Assembly (NCBI GenBank): GCA_041694815.1
Contig: JBGFSC010000033.1
Span: 90,609 to 154,608 of the forward strand
Direction: 5' to 3'
Origin: Elusimicrobiota bacterium
Lineage (GTDB): Bacteria; Elusimicrobiota; Elusimicrobia; UBA1565; JACRDR01
DNA: 64,000 bases
In this document: piece by piece, positions 1-9,925 of the stretch
How positions within the stretch are numbered: position 1 is the first letter of the stretch
Layout: every line of letters starts with the position of its first letter
The notes under the pieces: generated by a model
What the model was told of the DNA's origin: nothing
The model's input: the letters and a program-made list of their open reading frames with translations, nothing else
Databases searched by the model: none
Program-made: the position numbers and the translations under genes

Positions 1-2
1 AC

Positions 3-3000
3 ACCAACAACCTCATCCACACCGCGGTCGCGAGTTTCTCGGACCCGATCCCGGCGATCACGGTCAACGCCGGCCCCGCCTCGGCGATTACCGTCGATCC
101 CCCGGCCAACCAGGTGGTCAACGTGCGCGCGGGCTCGTTTAGCTCGCCGGGATTTAAGACCTTCACGGCGCAGATCTCCGACAGTTTCGGCAATGCCGTT
201 CAGGCGGCCACCACGGCGTACCTGCAGCTTGTCAGCGTCGTGGGAACGCCGGGAACGATCAGGTATTCCAGCAATACCTGGATCAACATGGGAGTATCGA
301 CCACCGTCGTCTCCGACAACAAGGGGCGCATCGGTAAGAACACCGACTCCGACAATACGAATATGCCCTTGGCCCTGTTCGTTTCGCCGACGGTGCCCGA
401 CTCGACGAGGATCTGGATCGGAACCATGACATTCCCGGGCGGCGACCTGACCCCCTACATCAATACCCGTATCAATATCTCGGGGACCTTCGCGACCATC
501 GGCGGCGACCCCAGGACCCTCGTGTTCGTTTCGAGCCCGACCTCACCGGTGCTCGTCGACGAGGTGCCCGCCTCCGGCGCCGACTTCATCATCGAGCGCC
601 GAGACGATTTCGGCAACGCCACCGACAGCGGGCAGACCGATGTTACCTTGAACCTGCCCGCGGCCCAGGTACAGGCACACACAGCGGCGGGATTTACCGC
701 GGGCGTCTCCTTCACGATCCAGGGCGATTACGGCTTCATGGATACCGGCAACAACTATATCCCGAGCCTTTCCTTCCTGGAGGGCATCAAGCAGGTGAGT
801 TTCCGCTACCGCGACAAGATGTCCTCGTACGCGGGGCCGAGCGTCTCCTCGAACACCGGCTTCGGCGGACGTCCCGGCGCCTGGACGCTCGAGATCGTGC
901 CGACCTCCATCGGCGTATCATCGATCAGCTTCAATCTGCAGATGGAGCCAAAGGATCCCTTCCAACTGGGCTTCGGCAATCCCAAGCGCACGCTGCAGGC
1001 TGGCAAACCGAGAGACGCCGGCAACAAGCTGCACTCCTTCCAGGCGCAGATCCATGACCGTTTCAGGAACCCGCGCGTGCCGGTCACCCCGATCAACGTG
1101 TTCGTGTCCACCGTGACGCGCACGCCCTCGAAGTTCGCCGACTCCTTCTCCTTCTCCCTCTCGAGCACGCTGGCGGCCGGCTCTCCCCCGGCCTTCGCGG
1201 CCTCCACCGACACCTTGAGCTTCCCGTTGGACCGCTACGAGACCACGTTCTATTACCTCGACACGATGGCCAGCTCCTCCTACCCTCCGGGACAGACGGC
1301 CCCCGTAATCGGGCTCTGGGACAAGGCCACGGTGCTATTTTCCACCTCCCAGGCCGTCAACATCACCCCCGAGGTAATCCAGGCGATCCGCGTGCGTCCC
1401 TCGACAAGCACGGCGTTGCTGGCCGGGACCACCTCGGAGATGATGGTCTTCGAATTGCAGGACCAGTTCGGCAACCCATCCGCGTTGCAATCGGGCCAGG
1501 AAGATCTCGGTCCCTCGCCGTGCCCGTTCCCGTGCGTGGAGTTCCAGCTGACCTCGGATTCCAACGGCAAGAAGCAGTTCTCGAGCCCGAACGTCGGCGC
1601 CTTCAAGAACTCCACCGGTACGGCCTACATGGCCATCGGGCAGGCCGCGACGACCTTCTACCTCATCGACGACATGGTCTCGCCGACCACCTGGACCCTC
1701 ACCGTAGAGACGGTGCGCAGCCACGGCTGGACGAAGGGCATCTCCACCTATACCGTCAAGCCCGGTCCTCCGGTCCTGGCGCTGTTTACGACCCCGCAGC
1801 GCTACCTCATCGCGGGCACCACGGTCCAGTTGAGCACGGCGACGCAGCAGCCGATCCCGACCCCGATCACGCTGCGTCTCGTCGACGCCTTCGGCAATGT
1901 CACCTCCTCGAGCTGGGCCGCCCATACGGCGAACTTCTACTCGAACTTCACGGGCTCGACTCGCGGCGGCATCGACCCGACGCAGACGGTGGTCGACGGG
2001 GCCAACTGGCCCTTGATCGCGGCGAGCTCCTTGCCGGTGACGATTCCGGCCAACAGCAATTCGGCCACGGTGTATGTCTGGGACACCGTGGTCTCGACCC
2101 TGCCGCTGATGGCCTCGGTGATCCGTCAGGACGGCTACGCCCTGCCCCTCTCAAGCCAGAGCGTGTTCATCACGCCGGCGAAGGCCGACTACATCACCAT
2201 CTACCATCCCTTCCCGGTGACGGCGCCCTTGAAGGTCAATACCCCCGGGATCCTGACCCGCAACGTGGGCGGCAAGAACCTGGGCGTCGTGATGCGCGAC
2301 CGCTACGGCAATATCGCCTCGGGGCATCCGATCAACAAGCAGCATTTCAGCGGTGCCGTGGTCTTCAGCACGAACCGCTCCACCAAGACGGTGAGCCTCG
2401 TCGACACGACGAACAGCACCACCACGCCGCGGATGTACGTGTTCAACGGCGAGTCCGACGCGACGCCCGGCATCTACAATGGACTGCAGATCCAAGACAG
2501 CATGGTCTCGGAACTTCAGGTTTTCGCGACCGCCTACGCCAACGCGGCGATCTGGGGCCGCACCAATGACGCCAGCCGCTCCTTCAACAACTCGCCCCCG
2601 CCGCCCTCCTCCGCCTTCTCGGACGGCAATGTCTTCACCGCCGGCCTCGTGGTCACGCCGACGGACATGGCCCCAGAACAGGACCCGGCCACGGGCCTGG
2701 TGGTGGCGCATAAGCAGTCGTTCCAGAGCCGCGCGGTGTTGCGCCAGGGTGACGGCACGACCTCGAACTCGCCCGATCCGGTCCAGATGCTACGGCTGTC
2801 CTTCAATATCCTGCCGTCGACGCCGACACTAAACGCCAAGCTTTCCGCCATCCGGGTGCTCAAGACGGGGTTCTTGGCCACCGATAAGGTCCCGGAGGTG
2901 GCGCTCTATTATGACGAGAACCATGACGGCCTCTTCCAGTCGGGCTCCGACGTGCGCATCGCCACGGCCGCCTTCGACGGTTCGGGCTGGCGCTTCGGCG

Positions 3001-6000
3001 ATCCCAGCTACAATCTGACCCCGCTCAACGTGGCCGATCCGGGACGCACCTTCGTCGCCGGGGTCAATACCGAGGCGATGAATTTCTTCCTGACCGTGCG
3101 CATTTCGTCCGCCGGTTACGGGGCGACGGAGCTGCCGAGCTCCTTGGGCATGAGCATCCCCTCGCCTTCCTACGTCACGCTGACGGGCGACAGCCTCACG
3201 GGAGTGGCGGAAAACAACTTCTCCATATTGACCGCGACGTCGGTGGTGCAGCGCGCCCCGGCGCAGATCTATGTCAAGGGCACCGATATCAACGCCTGGT
3301 GGTCGCCTCCCTCCTTGAGCCTGTCGAGCTATAATTACGTCGACCAGGGCGCTTCGTTCGTGGGCGTGCTCAAGCTTCAGATGTGGACACCGAGCTTCAC
3401 GGGCACGCTGGGCCGGGTCCACGTCATCCACACCGGTACGGGCTTGGACATCGATATCAAACGCCTGCATCTGTTCGTCGACTGCGATACCAACGGGAAT
3501 ATCGCCAACGGCGACGGCAAGTTCCAGGCCTCCATCGACAAGGAGATCACCGACCCGGCCATCCTCGTGAAGTTCACCACCAACACCCCACGCGCCGCCG
3601 ACCTCGTGCTCAAGGTCGACCCGAACGACAGCAACAATTACTCGTTCCGCACCATCACCCAGTCGACGATCACGTATTTCGTGGTCTATGACTATGAACC
3701 CGCGGCCGTGGCGTACCTGGACCATGGAACGCAGGTCGGAACCGCCGACATCGTCCCGCTGGGTGGGGATGGCGACGTCGTGCCCTTCTCGACCATCCTG
3801 ACGACCAACGTATACGTGCGCCCGACGGCCGACCTAGCCGCCGTCGAGAAGGTCAACAACCCCGGCACCGGCAACGCCGCGGCGGTGCCCGCCTCCATCA
3901 CCCAGGCCGATGCCAATCAACCGGTCATGAAGCTGACCCTGCGGACATTGAGCGGCGCGGCGAGCTGGTCGGGCCTGAAACTGGACCGTTGGGTGCCCTC
4001 GAGCTTGAGCGGCAGCGTCATCTTGAACAAGGCGGCCGACGTCAAGAATATCCAGATATGGGCGGATGTCAACGGGAACGGACTCCTGGATCCCACCACC
4101 GACCAAATCGTAAGTCCCTTGAGCGGCATCGTGCATAATTTCCCGCAAAGCACCCTGGGCGTGGCCATCAGTTCGACGCAGGCCGGGCCGCTCGACGTCG
4201 TCGTCACTAATCTCTCGGCCTTCTTCCCGGCCGACGACGTGTTCCCGTCCGTTCCCCAGCGCCTGGTGTTCGCCGACGACCAGACCGACCAGGCGAATAA
4301 GGAGGTCTTCGTCTGCACTGGCATCTCCTTCTCCTCGGGAGCCTTCACCAACTGCATGCCCGGCCAGGACCAGACCACGCGCAAAAACCACGCCGTCGGC
4401 ACCGTGATTTCGGGCCCCGCGCGCGTACCCGTGCAAGGCACCGGAGGCGGACAGACGCTCACCGTCTTAAACAAGGACTTCTTCGTGGCTTATGACTTGG
4501 ATCCGTTGGCCACGGTCAACCCTTCGGCCAACCTTGGCGCTATCATCCCGACCACCCATTACTTCCTTATCCAATCCCCGAAGCGGATGCACGACAAGGA
4601 TTCTAATGGCACCGTATCGGTCGGCATCCCGCCGAACGGCAAGACGATGTCCTTGGTGTCCAACGTAGCCGAATACGCGGACAAGATCGTCGTCGTCGCC
4701 TCCAATACGGTCGACGACGTGAATCTGGGCCCCTTCCTGCAGCAGAAATCGACCGGGGCGGTGCTCAATTTCTCGCTTTACACCGACGTCGCCGACGCCT
4801 TATGGCGCTGGGTGATCGTGACGGCCACGGGCACCTCGGCTGCGGCCGGCAATGTCTCCAACGACGTGCAGCTGGTCTCCTTATGGCGTGACGCCAACAA
4901 TAACGGCAGCTTGGACGTTAACGACGTGCTGGTGGGCACGGGGACTTTCGGCAACACCGGCCAGCCGCTCACCTCTCGTGTGCAGCTGAGCACGCCGTTT
5001 AGGCTGATGACGCAGGCCAAGGCGCCGACCCCGCAGCGCTTCTTCGTCGCTTATTATCTAAGCGCCAACGCGCAGTCCAATGACCCCATCACCCAGGCGC
5101 CTCGTACCTTAGGGGCGGTGCTCACGGCGGGCTCCTTCCCGCAGAACAATCCCACCGTCGACGATTATTTCGCCAACGCCTTCACCCTGCCCAATATCTA
5201 CAATCCCGCTTCCCCGCTTCCCTTCGAGGGCAAGTCGCGGGCCATCATCCCGGCGTCGCAGACGATGTACGTCAAGACGACGCCGATGTTCTCAAGCTCC
5301 AGCGGCACCTTCGTGGCCCCCACGGTGTCCTTCGCCGTGCCGGCCTCCACGCCCGCAGCGGTGGACGCCGCTTGGGTGATCACCTCATCGGCCGGCCTGC
5401 CCTCCGGCGGTCCCACCACCTACATGGTTGTCGACGGGGAGGTGATCAGCTATGAGGACCTGGGGCCGACATCGCTCATTCGGGTGCACCGCGGCCTCCT
5501 GGGGACTTCCGCTTCCGCCCACGGCGTCGGGGCGGTATTGGGCCCGCTGCTCGAGCAGGGTAGTCCGGCGAACGCCGTCATGAAGGTGGAGGCCTGGAGC
5601 AGCGGCTTCCAGGTGCAGTGGAACGCCTTGCGCCTACTCATCAATGCCCCCGGAGGGCTTTCGCATGTCGACGCCGACGTGGCCAAGGTCAAATTGTGGA
5701 AATCGGTGCAGCCCTCCTCGGCCCCTATCTTCCATCGCGACCAGAATATACAGGGATCCGGGGACATACTCTTGGCGCAGGGCAACTTGGTGCAAGGAGT
5801 CGTCGACTTGAGCATCGTCGACCCCACCCTCAATTTCGCGCCCTATACCTTGGTGGGCACCTCCACGCAGACCTTCTACGTCTCGCTCGACATCGACCCG
5901 GCGGCGCGCTACTGCTTCGTCTCGCTCAATCCACCCAACGAGGTCGTGGGCCTGCAATCCCTGAATGGATCCGACTGGGGGCTGAGCCCGCCCGGCGCCG

Positions 6001-9000
6001 ACCACCAGATCGTGCTGCTCAATACTCCGGTGACGACGGTGCAGCCCATCGTGCCGACGCTCAACACGATGAACGCCTCGATCCTGTCGATCGCGCCGCT
6101 CTTCGCGCTTCAGAGTTCCTCCAACGTGCCCATCGCCCAGATCACGGCGACGGCCGACCGCAACACCGTGGTCTGGCAGAAGCTCAGGCTCGACCGCATC
6201 GGCACGGGCGGAGGCCTGGACTCCGATATCTCGTTGATCAAGGTCTGGAGGGACGCCAACGGCAACAGCATACTCGACTCGACGGACACGGCGCGTAATC
6301 CCGACGGTAGCTACCCCAATCTCATAACCTTCGGCAACGAGACCTTCTCGAGCGCCACGGTGACCTTGACCTTCAAGAACCCGCCCGTCGTTTCGACGGC
6401 GCCGTCGAAGTACTTCGTGACCTACGACTTCTCCCAGTTCGCCATCATCGACTCCGGCGAGGGCCTGCGCATAGCCAATACGACGTACGCGACGGTGCAG
6501 ACGCCGCACCTGGTAACCTTCTCGACGGCGAATTTCCAATCGACGCTGGTCACGGTCCAAAAGGTTCCCTCCAACGTCACCTTGGGCGTCAACGACCTTA
6601 TCCTCAACAACAACGTGACCAAGCTCTCGCAGGCCCAGGCCGATGTTCCCTTCCTGAGGCTAAACCTCGCCACGGACATCTCGCTGGCCCAATGGCAGGC
6701 CTTGCGCATCGCCCGTTCGGGAGGCAGCCAGGATTCGAGCAAGCCTTTCGGGCGCAACACCAACGTCGGCTTCATCCGCATCTGGAAGGATATCAACCAG
6801 AACGACACGCTTGAAACGGACACCGATGTCAACGTCTCCGAGGCGAACACGGTGCTGCAGGTCGCCGTCTCCTCGGTCCAGGCGACTCCCTTCCTCATGG
6901 TTCTAGCCTCCACGGCCGGTTTCCCGGCCTCGGGCAACGGAAAAATTTACGTCAACAACGCGGAATTGATGACCTTCTCCGGCTACACGACGGTATTCGT
7001 CTCCGGCTCGAGCCGCCCGGCGGTCAATGTCTTGACCCGCGGAGACAATTTGGGCACGACCTCGACGCCGCGCCTCAATCACGCGGTGGGATCTAGCGCG
7101 CGCAAGGTCGACCTGTTCGATCAGACCAACGACGCCAATCTTCAGACGGTGCTGGAGCTGGCGGTGCCGCAGACCATACTCCCGACGCCGCCTGTATTCT
7201 TCCTCACCTACGACATCGGGGCGACGGCCGTCAAGAACGACTCGGTGGGCGTAGACATCGCCGACCGCAATTGGGTGATCGTCAGTAACCCGAACGTCAC
7301 CTCGGCCCGCGTCAACGTCAATATCAATAAGATCCTTACCCAAGGCACCACCAACCATGCCTATCCGTACACGGGCACCACGGTGTTCATCTCGCCGCTC
7401 AATCTGTCGATCGTCGGCCGCAACATCGCGCCGACCGCCGCGACGGTCAACCAGAACAATGTGCCCTTGGAGCAGTTCACGATCAAGACCTCCTCGGATT
7501 ACGTGCGCATCGGCCAATTGCGGCTCAAGCAATTGGGCACGGTGCAGTCGCCTCCGACGCCCGGCGCCGGAAGGGGCGACGCCAAGCGGGTGACGGTCTG
7601 GCTCGACAACGGCGACGGGGCCTTCACCCCGAACACGGACACCCTGATCGGCGCCCTAACCCACAACGGGTTGCCGGGCGGATCGCCTGCCTTCGACAAC
7701 GGGGTGGCCTTCACCAGCCTGACGGTCAATGGGCTTCCGTACTTGACGGTCTCGACGGCTCCGGTCAACCTTTTCGTCGCCGTCGACATCTCGAGCGTGG
7801 ATTTGGCGGGCAATATCACCATCGGCCATAACATCGGCTTCGCCCTGCCCAGCTTCAACGATATCTTCGGGCCCAACGCGACGACGCTCAACGCGGCGCC
7901 CGACCCGAGCAATCAAAACCCGCTCAACGCGGCCTCCTCGCTGGTCCAGATCTCGCCGGCCATCATTCCGCTGTCGAATATCCTGCCCAAGATCGCGATG
8001 GCCTCCAACGGATACCCGGCCTACGTGCTGCAGGATTCCTCGGGCAATGTGATCCTGGATTCCAACGGCATGCCCATCGCCGATGCGAGCAAATGGATAT
8101 ACCTGCAGGGTTCTACGGAGCCGCTCGTCGATATCAACGGAGACGGCCAGCCCGACAACTTCGCCTACCCGCCGGACACGACCCCCCTGCCGCCAGGCGT
8201 CAAGCCCGGACCCCTGAAATTCATCAGCTTCGACGGCACGCGCAACCCCGCCTTCGACCTGGACGGCGACAAGCTCCTCGACATCGACATCAATCGCGAC
8301 GGCATACCCGACGCGGTCGTCAACGACGGCGCCGGCAAGCCCATCTACTTCCTGCGCGACATATTGGGCAATACTTACCCCGTTTCGGACCAGGCCCTGG
8401 CGGTGACGGCCTGGAGCAACAATACGACGAAGCTGGAAGCCGCCTGGTCAATCCCCACCTCTACCGTCACCGGTTTCCAGCTGGCGGCCGGGGTCAATTA
8501 CTCGAGCCCCACATCTTTCTCCAACGGCTGGCGCACGATCGGCTCGAGTACCACCGGCATGATCGACGGGCTCGGCCTGCCCGTGCCAAAGGTCACGCGC
8601 CTGACGGCCAATATCTCGCAGACCGATACGATCATCTCGGTCGAGGCGGCGGGCAACCTCGTCTCGGTAGGCAAGATCGTCGTGGGCTCGGAGATCATCG
8701 GCGTCACAAGGATCAGCGCGACCCAGTTCCAGGTCACCGCCTTGGAGGGCTGCCCGAACAACAGCGGGCGCGGCTGCGACGGCTCCTTGCCGCAACCCCA
8801 TCTCAAGAACGAGCTCGTCAGTGACCAGGCCGTGTTTGTCTCCGTGCGTGGTTTCAACGGGCCGGCCTCGGCCCCGAGTGGCTACGTGCCCGGTCCCACG
8901 GGAAGGCCGCTGCTGGTCTACCGCATCGACACCACGCCCCCCAATGCTCCGGCCAACGCCGCGCCGAACGTGGCGCCCGGAACCCCGGCCGGCGGCTCCT

Positions 9001-9617
9001 TTGAAATCAGCTGGGACGCCTCGGTCGACGCTGAGTCGAGCGTGATGGCCTACCAGATCCAGGAGCGCGTCGGCACCGATCCCGTCTGGCGCAGCATCGC
9101 GATGATCCCGGCCGTCAAATCCAACGGCGCGATCAACCGTTCCTATAACGTCGGCAACCCCGCGATCAACGCGGCCGAGAAACCGAGGGCCTCCGGCCAA
9201 TTCTATTCCTACCGGGTGCGGGCCTTCAACTACGCCGGTATCCCGTCGGAATACTCGAGCGAATCGAGGCCCGTGGCGACCTCGCTCATCTCCTCGCCGA
9301 TCTCGAATGTGTCGAACTTCCCGAACCCCTTCGACAGCCGCAAGGGCGGCCCGGAGGGTAAGACCGTCATTACCTACACCTTGGGGGCCGACTCGGACGT
9401 CACGATCACGATCTACGACATGCTCGGCTACACCGTCAAGACCTTCACCTTTTCCCCCGGACAGCAGGGTGGACGTGCCGGCCCCAACTTCGTTACTTGG
9501 GATGGCCGCAACGGGGAGGGCCGGCTGGTCGCCAAGGGCGGCTACGTAGCCCGTATCAAGGCCGGCTCCTCGGCCGGCACCGGCACCGTCATCCGAAAGA
9601 TCGGCGTTATCCATTAA
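3..9617 (+). CDS. Giant secreted/surface protein (5'-truncated, >3,200 aa): Ig-like/beta-rich repeats, Ca-binding-type DxDxDG motifs, FN3 domain, C-terminal T9SS type-A / FlgD-Ig-like sorting domain
   Basis: Frame is open from base 3 (TNNLIHTAVASF...) so the start lies upstream of the window. S/T/G/V/P-rich. Repeated (W/Y)xDxNxNGxLD-type motifs, DINGDGQPD and DLDGDKLLDIDINRDGIPD, FN3-like YSYRVRAFN. C-terminus NFPNPF...ITYTL...VTITIYDMLG..VK...WDGRN..G..VAKGGY..RI. Confidence 0.9.
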   Translation, partial: TNNLIHTAVASFSDPIPAITVNAGPASAITVDPPANQVVNVRAGSFSSPGFKTFTAQISDSFGNAVQAATTAYLQLVSVVGTPGTIRYSSNTWINMGVSTTVVSDNKGRIGKNTDSDNTNMPLALFVSPTVPDSTRIWIGTMTFPGGDLTPYINTRINISGTFATIGGDPRTLVFVSSPTSPVLVDEVPASGADFIIERRDDFGNATDSGQTDVTLNLPAAQVQAHTAAGFTAGVSFTIQGDYGFMDTGNNYIPSLSFLEGIKQVSFRYRDKMSSYAGPSVSSNTGFGGRPGAWTLEIVPTSIGVSSISFNLQMEPKDPFQLGFGNPKRTLQAGKPRDAGNKLHSFQAQIHDRFRNPRVPVTPINVFVSTVTRTPSKFADSFSFSLSSTLAAGSPPAFAASTDTLSFPLDRYETTFYYLDTMASSSYPPGQTAPVIGLWDKATVLFSTSQAVNITPEVIQAIRVRPSTSTALLAGTTSEMMVFELQDQFGNPSALQSGQEDLGPSPCPFPCVEFQLTSDSNGKKQFSSPNVGAFKNSTGTAYMAIGQAATTFYLIDDMVSPTTWTLTVETVRSHGWTKGISTYTVKPGPPVLALFTTPQRYLIAGTTVQLSTATQQPIPTPITLRLVDAFGNVTSSSWAAHTANFYSNFTGSTRGGIDPTQTVVDGANWPLIAASSLPVTIPANSNSATVYVWDTVVSTLPLMASVIRQDGYALPLSSQSVFITPAKADYITIYHPFPVTAPLKVNTPGILTRNVGGKNLGVVMRDRYGNIASGHPINKQHFSGAVVFSTNRSTKTVSLVDTTNSTTTPRMYVFNGESDATPGIYNGLQIQDSMVSELQVFATAYANAAIWGRTNDASRSFNNSPPPPSSAFSDGNVFTAGLVVTPTDMAPEQDPATGLVVAHKQSFQSRAVLRQGDGTTSNSPDPVQMLRLSFNILPSTPTLNAKLSAIRVLKTGFLATDKVPEVALYYDENHDGLFQSGSDVRIATAAFDGSGWRFGDPSYNLTPLNVADPGRTFVAGVNTEAMNFFLTVRISSAGYGATELPSSLGMSIPSPSYVTLTGDSLTGVAENNFSILTATSVVQRAPAQIYVKGTDINAWWSPPSLSLSSYNYVDQGASFVGVLKLQMWTPSFTGTLGRVHVIHTGTGLDIDIKRLHLFVDCDTNGNIANGDGKFQASIDKEITDPAILVKFTTNTPRAADLVLKVDPNDSNNYSFRTITQSTITYFVVYDYEPAAVAYLDHGTQVGTADIVPLGGDGDVVPFSTILTTNVYVRPTADLAAVEKVNNPGTGNAAAVPASITQADANQPVMKLTLRTLSGAASWSGLKLDRWVPSSLSGSVILNKAADVKNIQIWADVNGNGLLDPTTDQIVSPLSGIVHNFPQSTLGVAISSTQAGPLDVVVTNLSAFFPADDVFPSVPQRLVFADDQTDQANKEVFVCTGISFSSGAFTNCMPGQDQTTRKNHAVGTVISGPARVPVQGTGGGQTLTVLNKDFFVAYDLDPLATVNPSANLGAIIPTTHYFLIQSPKRMHDKDSNGTVSVGIPPNGKTMSLVSNVAEYADKIVVVASNTVDDVNLGPFLQQKSTGAVLNFSLYTDVADALWRWVIVTATGTSAAAGNVSNDVQLVSLWRDANNNGSLDVNDVLVGTGTFGNTGQPLTSRVQLSTPFRLMTQAKAPTPQRFFVAYYLSANAQSNDPITQAPRTLGAVLTAGSFPQNNPTVDDYFANAFTLPNIYNPASPLPFEGKSRAIIPASQTMYVKTTPMFSSSSGTFVAPTVSFAVPASTPAAVDAAWVITSSAGLPSGGPTTYMVVDGEVISYEDLGPTSLIRVHRGLLGTSASAHGVGAVLGPLLEQGSPANAVMKVEAWSSGFQVQWNALRLLINAPGGLSHVDADVAKVKLWKSVQPSSAPIFHRDQNIQGSGDILLAQGNLVQGVVDLSIVDPTLNFAPYTLVGTSTQTFYVSLDIDPAARYCFVSLNPPNEVVGLQSLNGSDWGLSPPGADHQIVLLNTPVTTVQPIVPTLNTMNASILSIAPLFALQSSSNVPIAQITATADRNTVVWQKLRLDRIGTGGGLDSDISLIKVWRDANGNSILDSTDTARNPDGSYPNLITFGNETFSSATVTLTFKNPPVVSTAPSKYFVTYDFSQFAIIDSGEGLRIANTTYATVQTPHLVTFSTANFQSTLVTVQKVPSNVTLGVNDLILNNNVTKLSQAQADVPFLRLNLATDISLAQWQALRIARSGGSQDSSKPFGRNTNVGFIRIWKDINQNDTLETDTDVNVSEANTVLQVAVSSVQATPFLMVLASTAGFPASGNGKIYVNNAELMTFSGYTTVFVSGSSRPAVNVLTRGDNLGTTSTPRLNHAVGSSARKVDLFDQTNDANLQTVLELAVPQTILPTPPVFFLTYDIGATAVKNDSVGVDIADRNWVIVSNPNVTSARVNVNINKILTQGTTNHAYPYTGTTVFISPLNLSIVGRNIAPTAATVNQNNVPLEQFTIKTSSDYVRIGQLRLKQLGTVQSPPTPGAGRGDAKRVTVWLDNGDGAFTPNTDTLIGALTHNGLPGGSPAFDNGVAFTSLTVNGLPYLTVSTAPVNLFVAVDISSVDLAGNITIGHNIGFALPSFNDIFGPNATTLNAAPDPSNQNPLNAASSLVQISPAIIPLSNILPKIAMASNGYPAYVLQDSSGNVILDSNGMPIADASKWIYLQGSTEPLVDINGDGQPDNFAYPPDTTPLPPGVKPGPLKFISFDGTRNPAFDLDGDKLLDIDINRDGIPDAVVNDGAGKPIYFLRDILGNTYPVSDQALAVTAWSNNTTKLEAAWSIPTSTVTGFQLAAGVNYSSPTSFSNGWRTIGSSTTGMIDGLGLPVPKVTRLTANISQTDTIISVEAAGNLVSVGKIVVGSEIIGVTRISATQFQVTALEGCPNNSGRGCDGSLPQPHLKNELVSDQAVFVSVRGFNGPASAPSGYVPGPTGRPLLVYRIDTTPPNAPANAAPNVAPGTPAGGSFEISWDASVDAESSVMAYQIQERVGTDPVWRSIAMIPAVKSNGAINRSYNVGNPAINAAEKPRASGQFYSYRVRAFNYAGIPSEYSSESRPVATSLISSPISNVSNFPNPFDSRKGGPEGKTVITYTLGADSDVTITIYDMLGYTVKTFTFSPGQQGGRAGPNFVTWDGRNGEGRLVAKGGYVARIKAGSSAGTGTVIRKIGVIH

Positions 9618-9620
9618 TTC

Positions 9621-9702
9621 AGGTGCCAGGCATCCACTTTCTACACTTTGTTGAAATTCTCGAGAAAGTAGAGAAAGTGTAGAAAGTGAATGTCTGGCAC
9701 CT
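9621..9702. repeat. Palindromic REP/MITE-like element, copy 1
   Basis: 29-bp arms AGGTGCCAGGCATCCACTTTCTACACTTT / AAAGTGTAGAAAGTGAATGTCTGGCACCT (2 mismatches). Same family as 38987-39070. Confidence 0.85.
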
Positions 9703-9725
9703 AAATATTCTTCCTTAATAGGGTA

Positions 9726-9765
9726 TTGACAAAGCCCTTGACAAAGCAAGTGGACCTGTTATACT
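9726..9765 (+). promoter_or_regulatory. Sigma70-type promoter with duplicated -35 box
   Basis: TTGACAAAGC twice (9726-9735, 9738-9747), then an extended -10 TGT-TATACT (9757-9765). The spacer is 16 nt from the second TTGACA. Confidence 0.7.
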
Positions 9766-9844
9766 AGGGGGGTAAGCACTCCTGCAGCCGGTCAAGACAG
9801 CGTGTTACGGGGCTCATAGGCGCTGTCATTCGCTTTCCGGCTGC

Positions 9845-9925
9845 GGGCGATAATAGCAAACCCGCCGCAAGACGGGGGCGCAAAGCCGTGGTCCCGGTTT
9901 CCGGGATGCCAGGCTGCCGAATGCG
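9845..9925 (+). promoter_or_regulatory. c-di-GMP-I (GEMM-I) family riboswitch, A20 variant
   Basis: CGATAATAGCAAA-CCCGCC-GCAA-GACGGG-GGCGCAAA-GCC...TCCCGG-TTT-CCGGGA...GGCTGCCGAA matches the GEMM-I layout: GCAAA, P2 with GNRA loop, GCAAA junction, P3, 3' GCCG. It lies directly 5' of the 9926 ATG. Confidence 0.85.

Noticed and set aside
9300..9617. Flagellar hook-cap gene flgD
   Set aside because: The FlgD-Ig-like segment is only the C-terminal domain of a >3,200-aa protein and carries the PNPF sorting-domain pattern.
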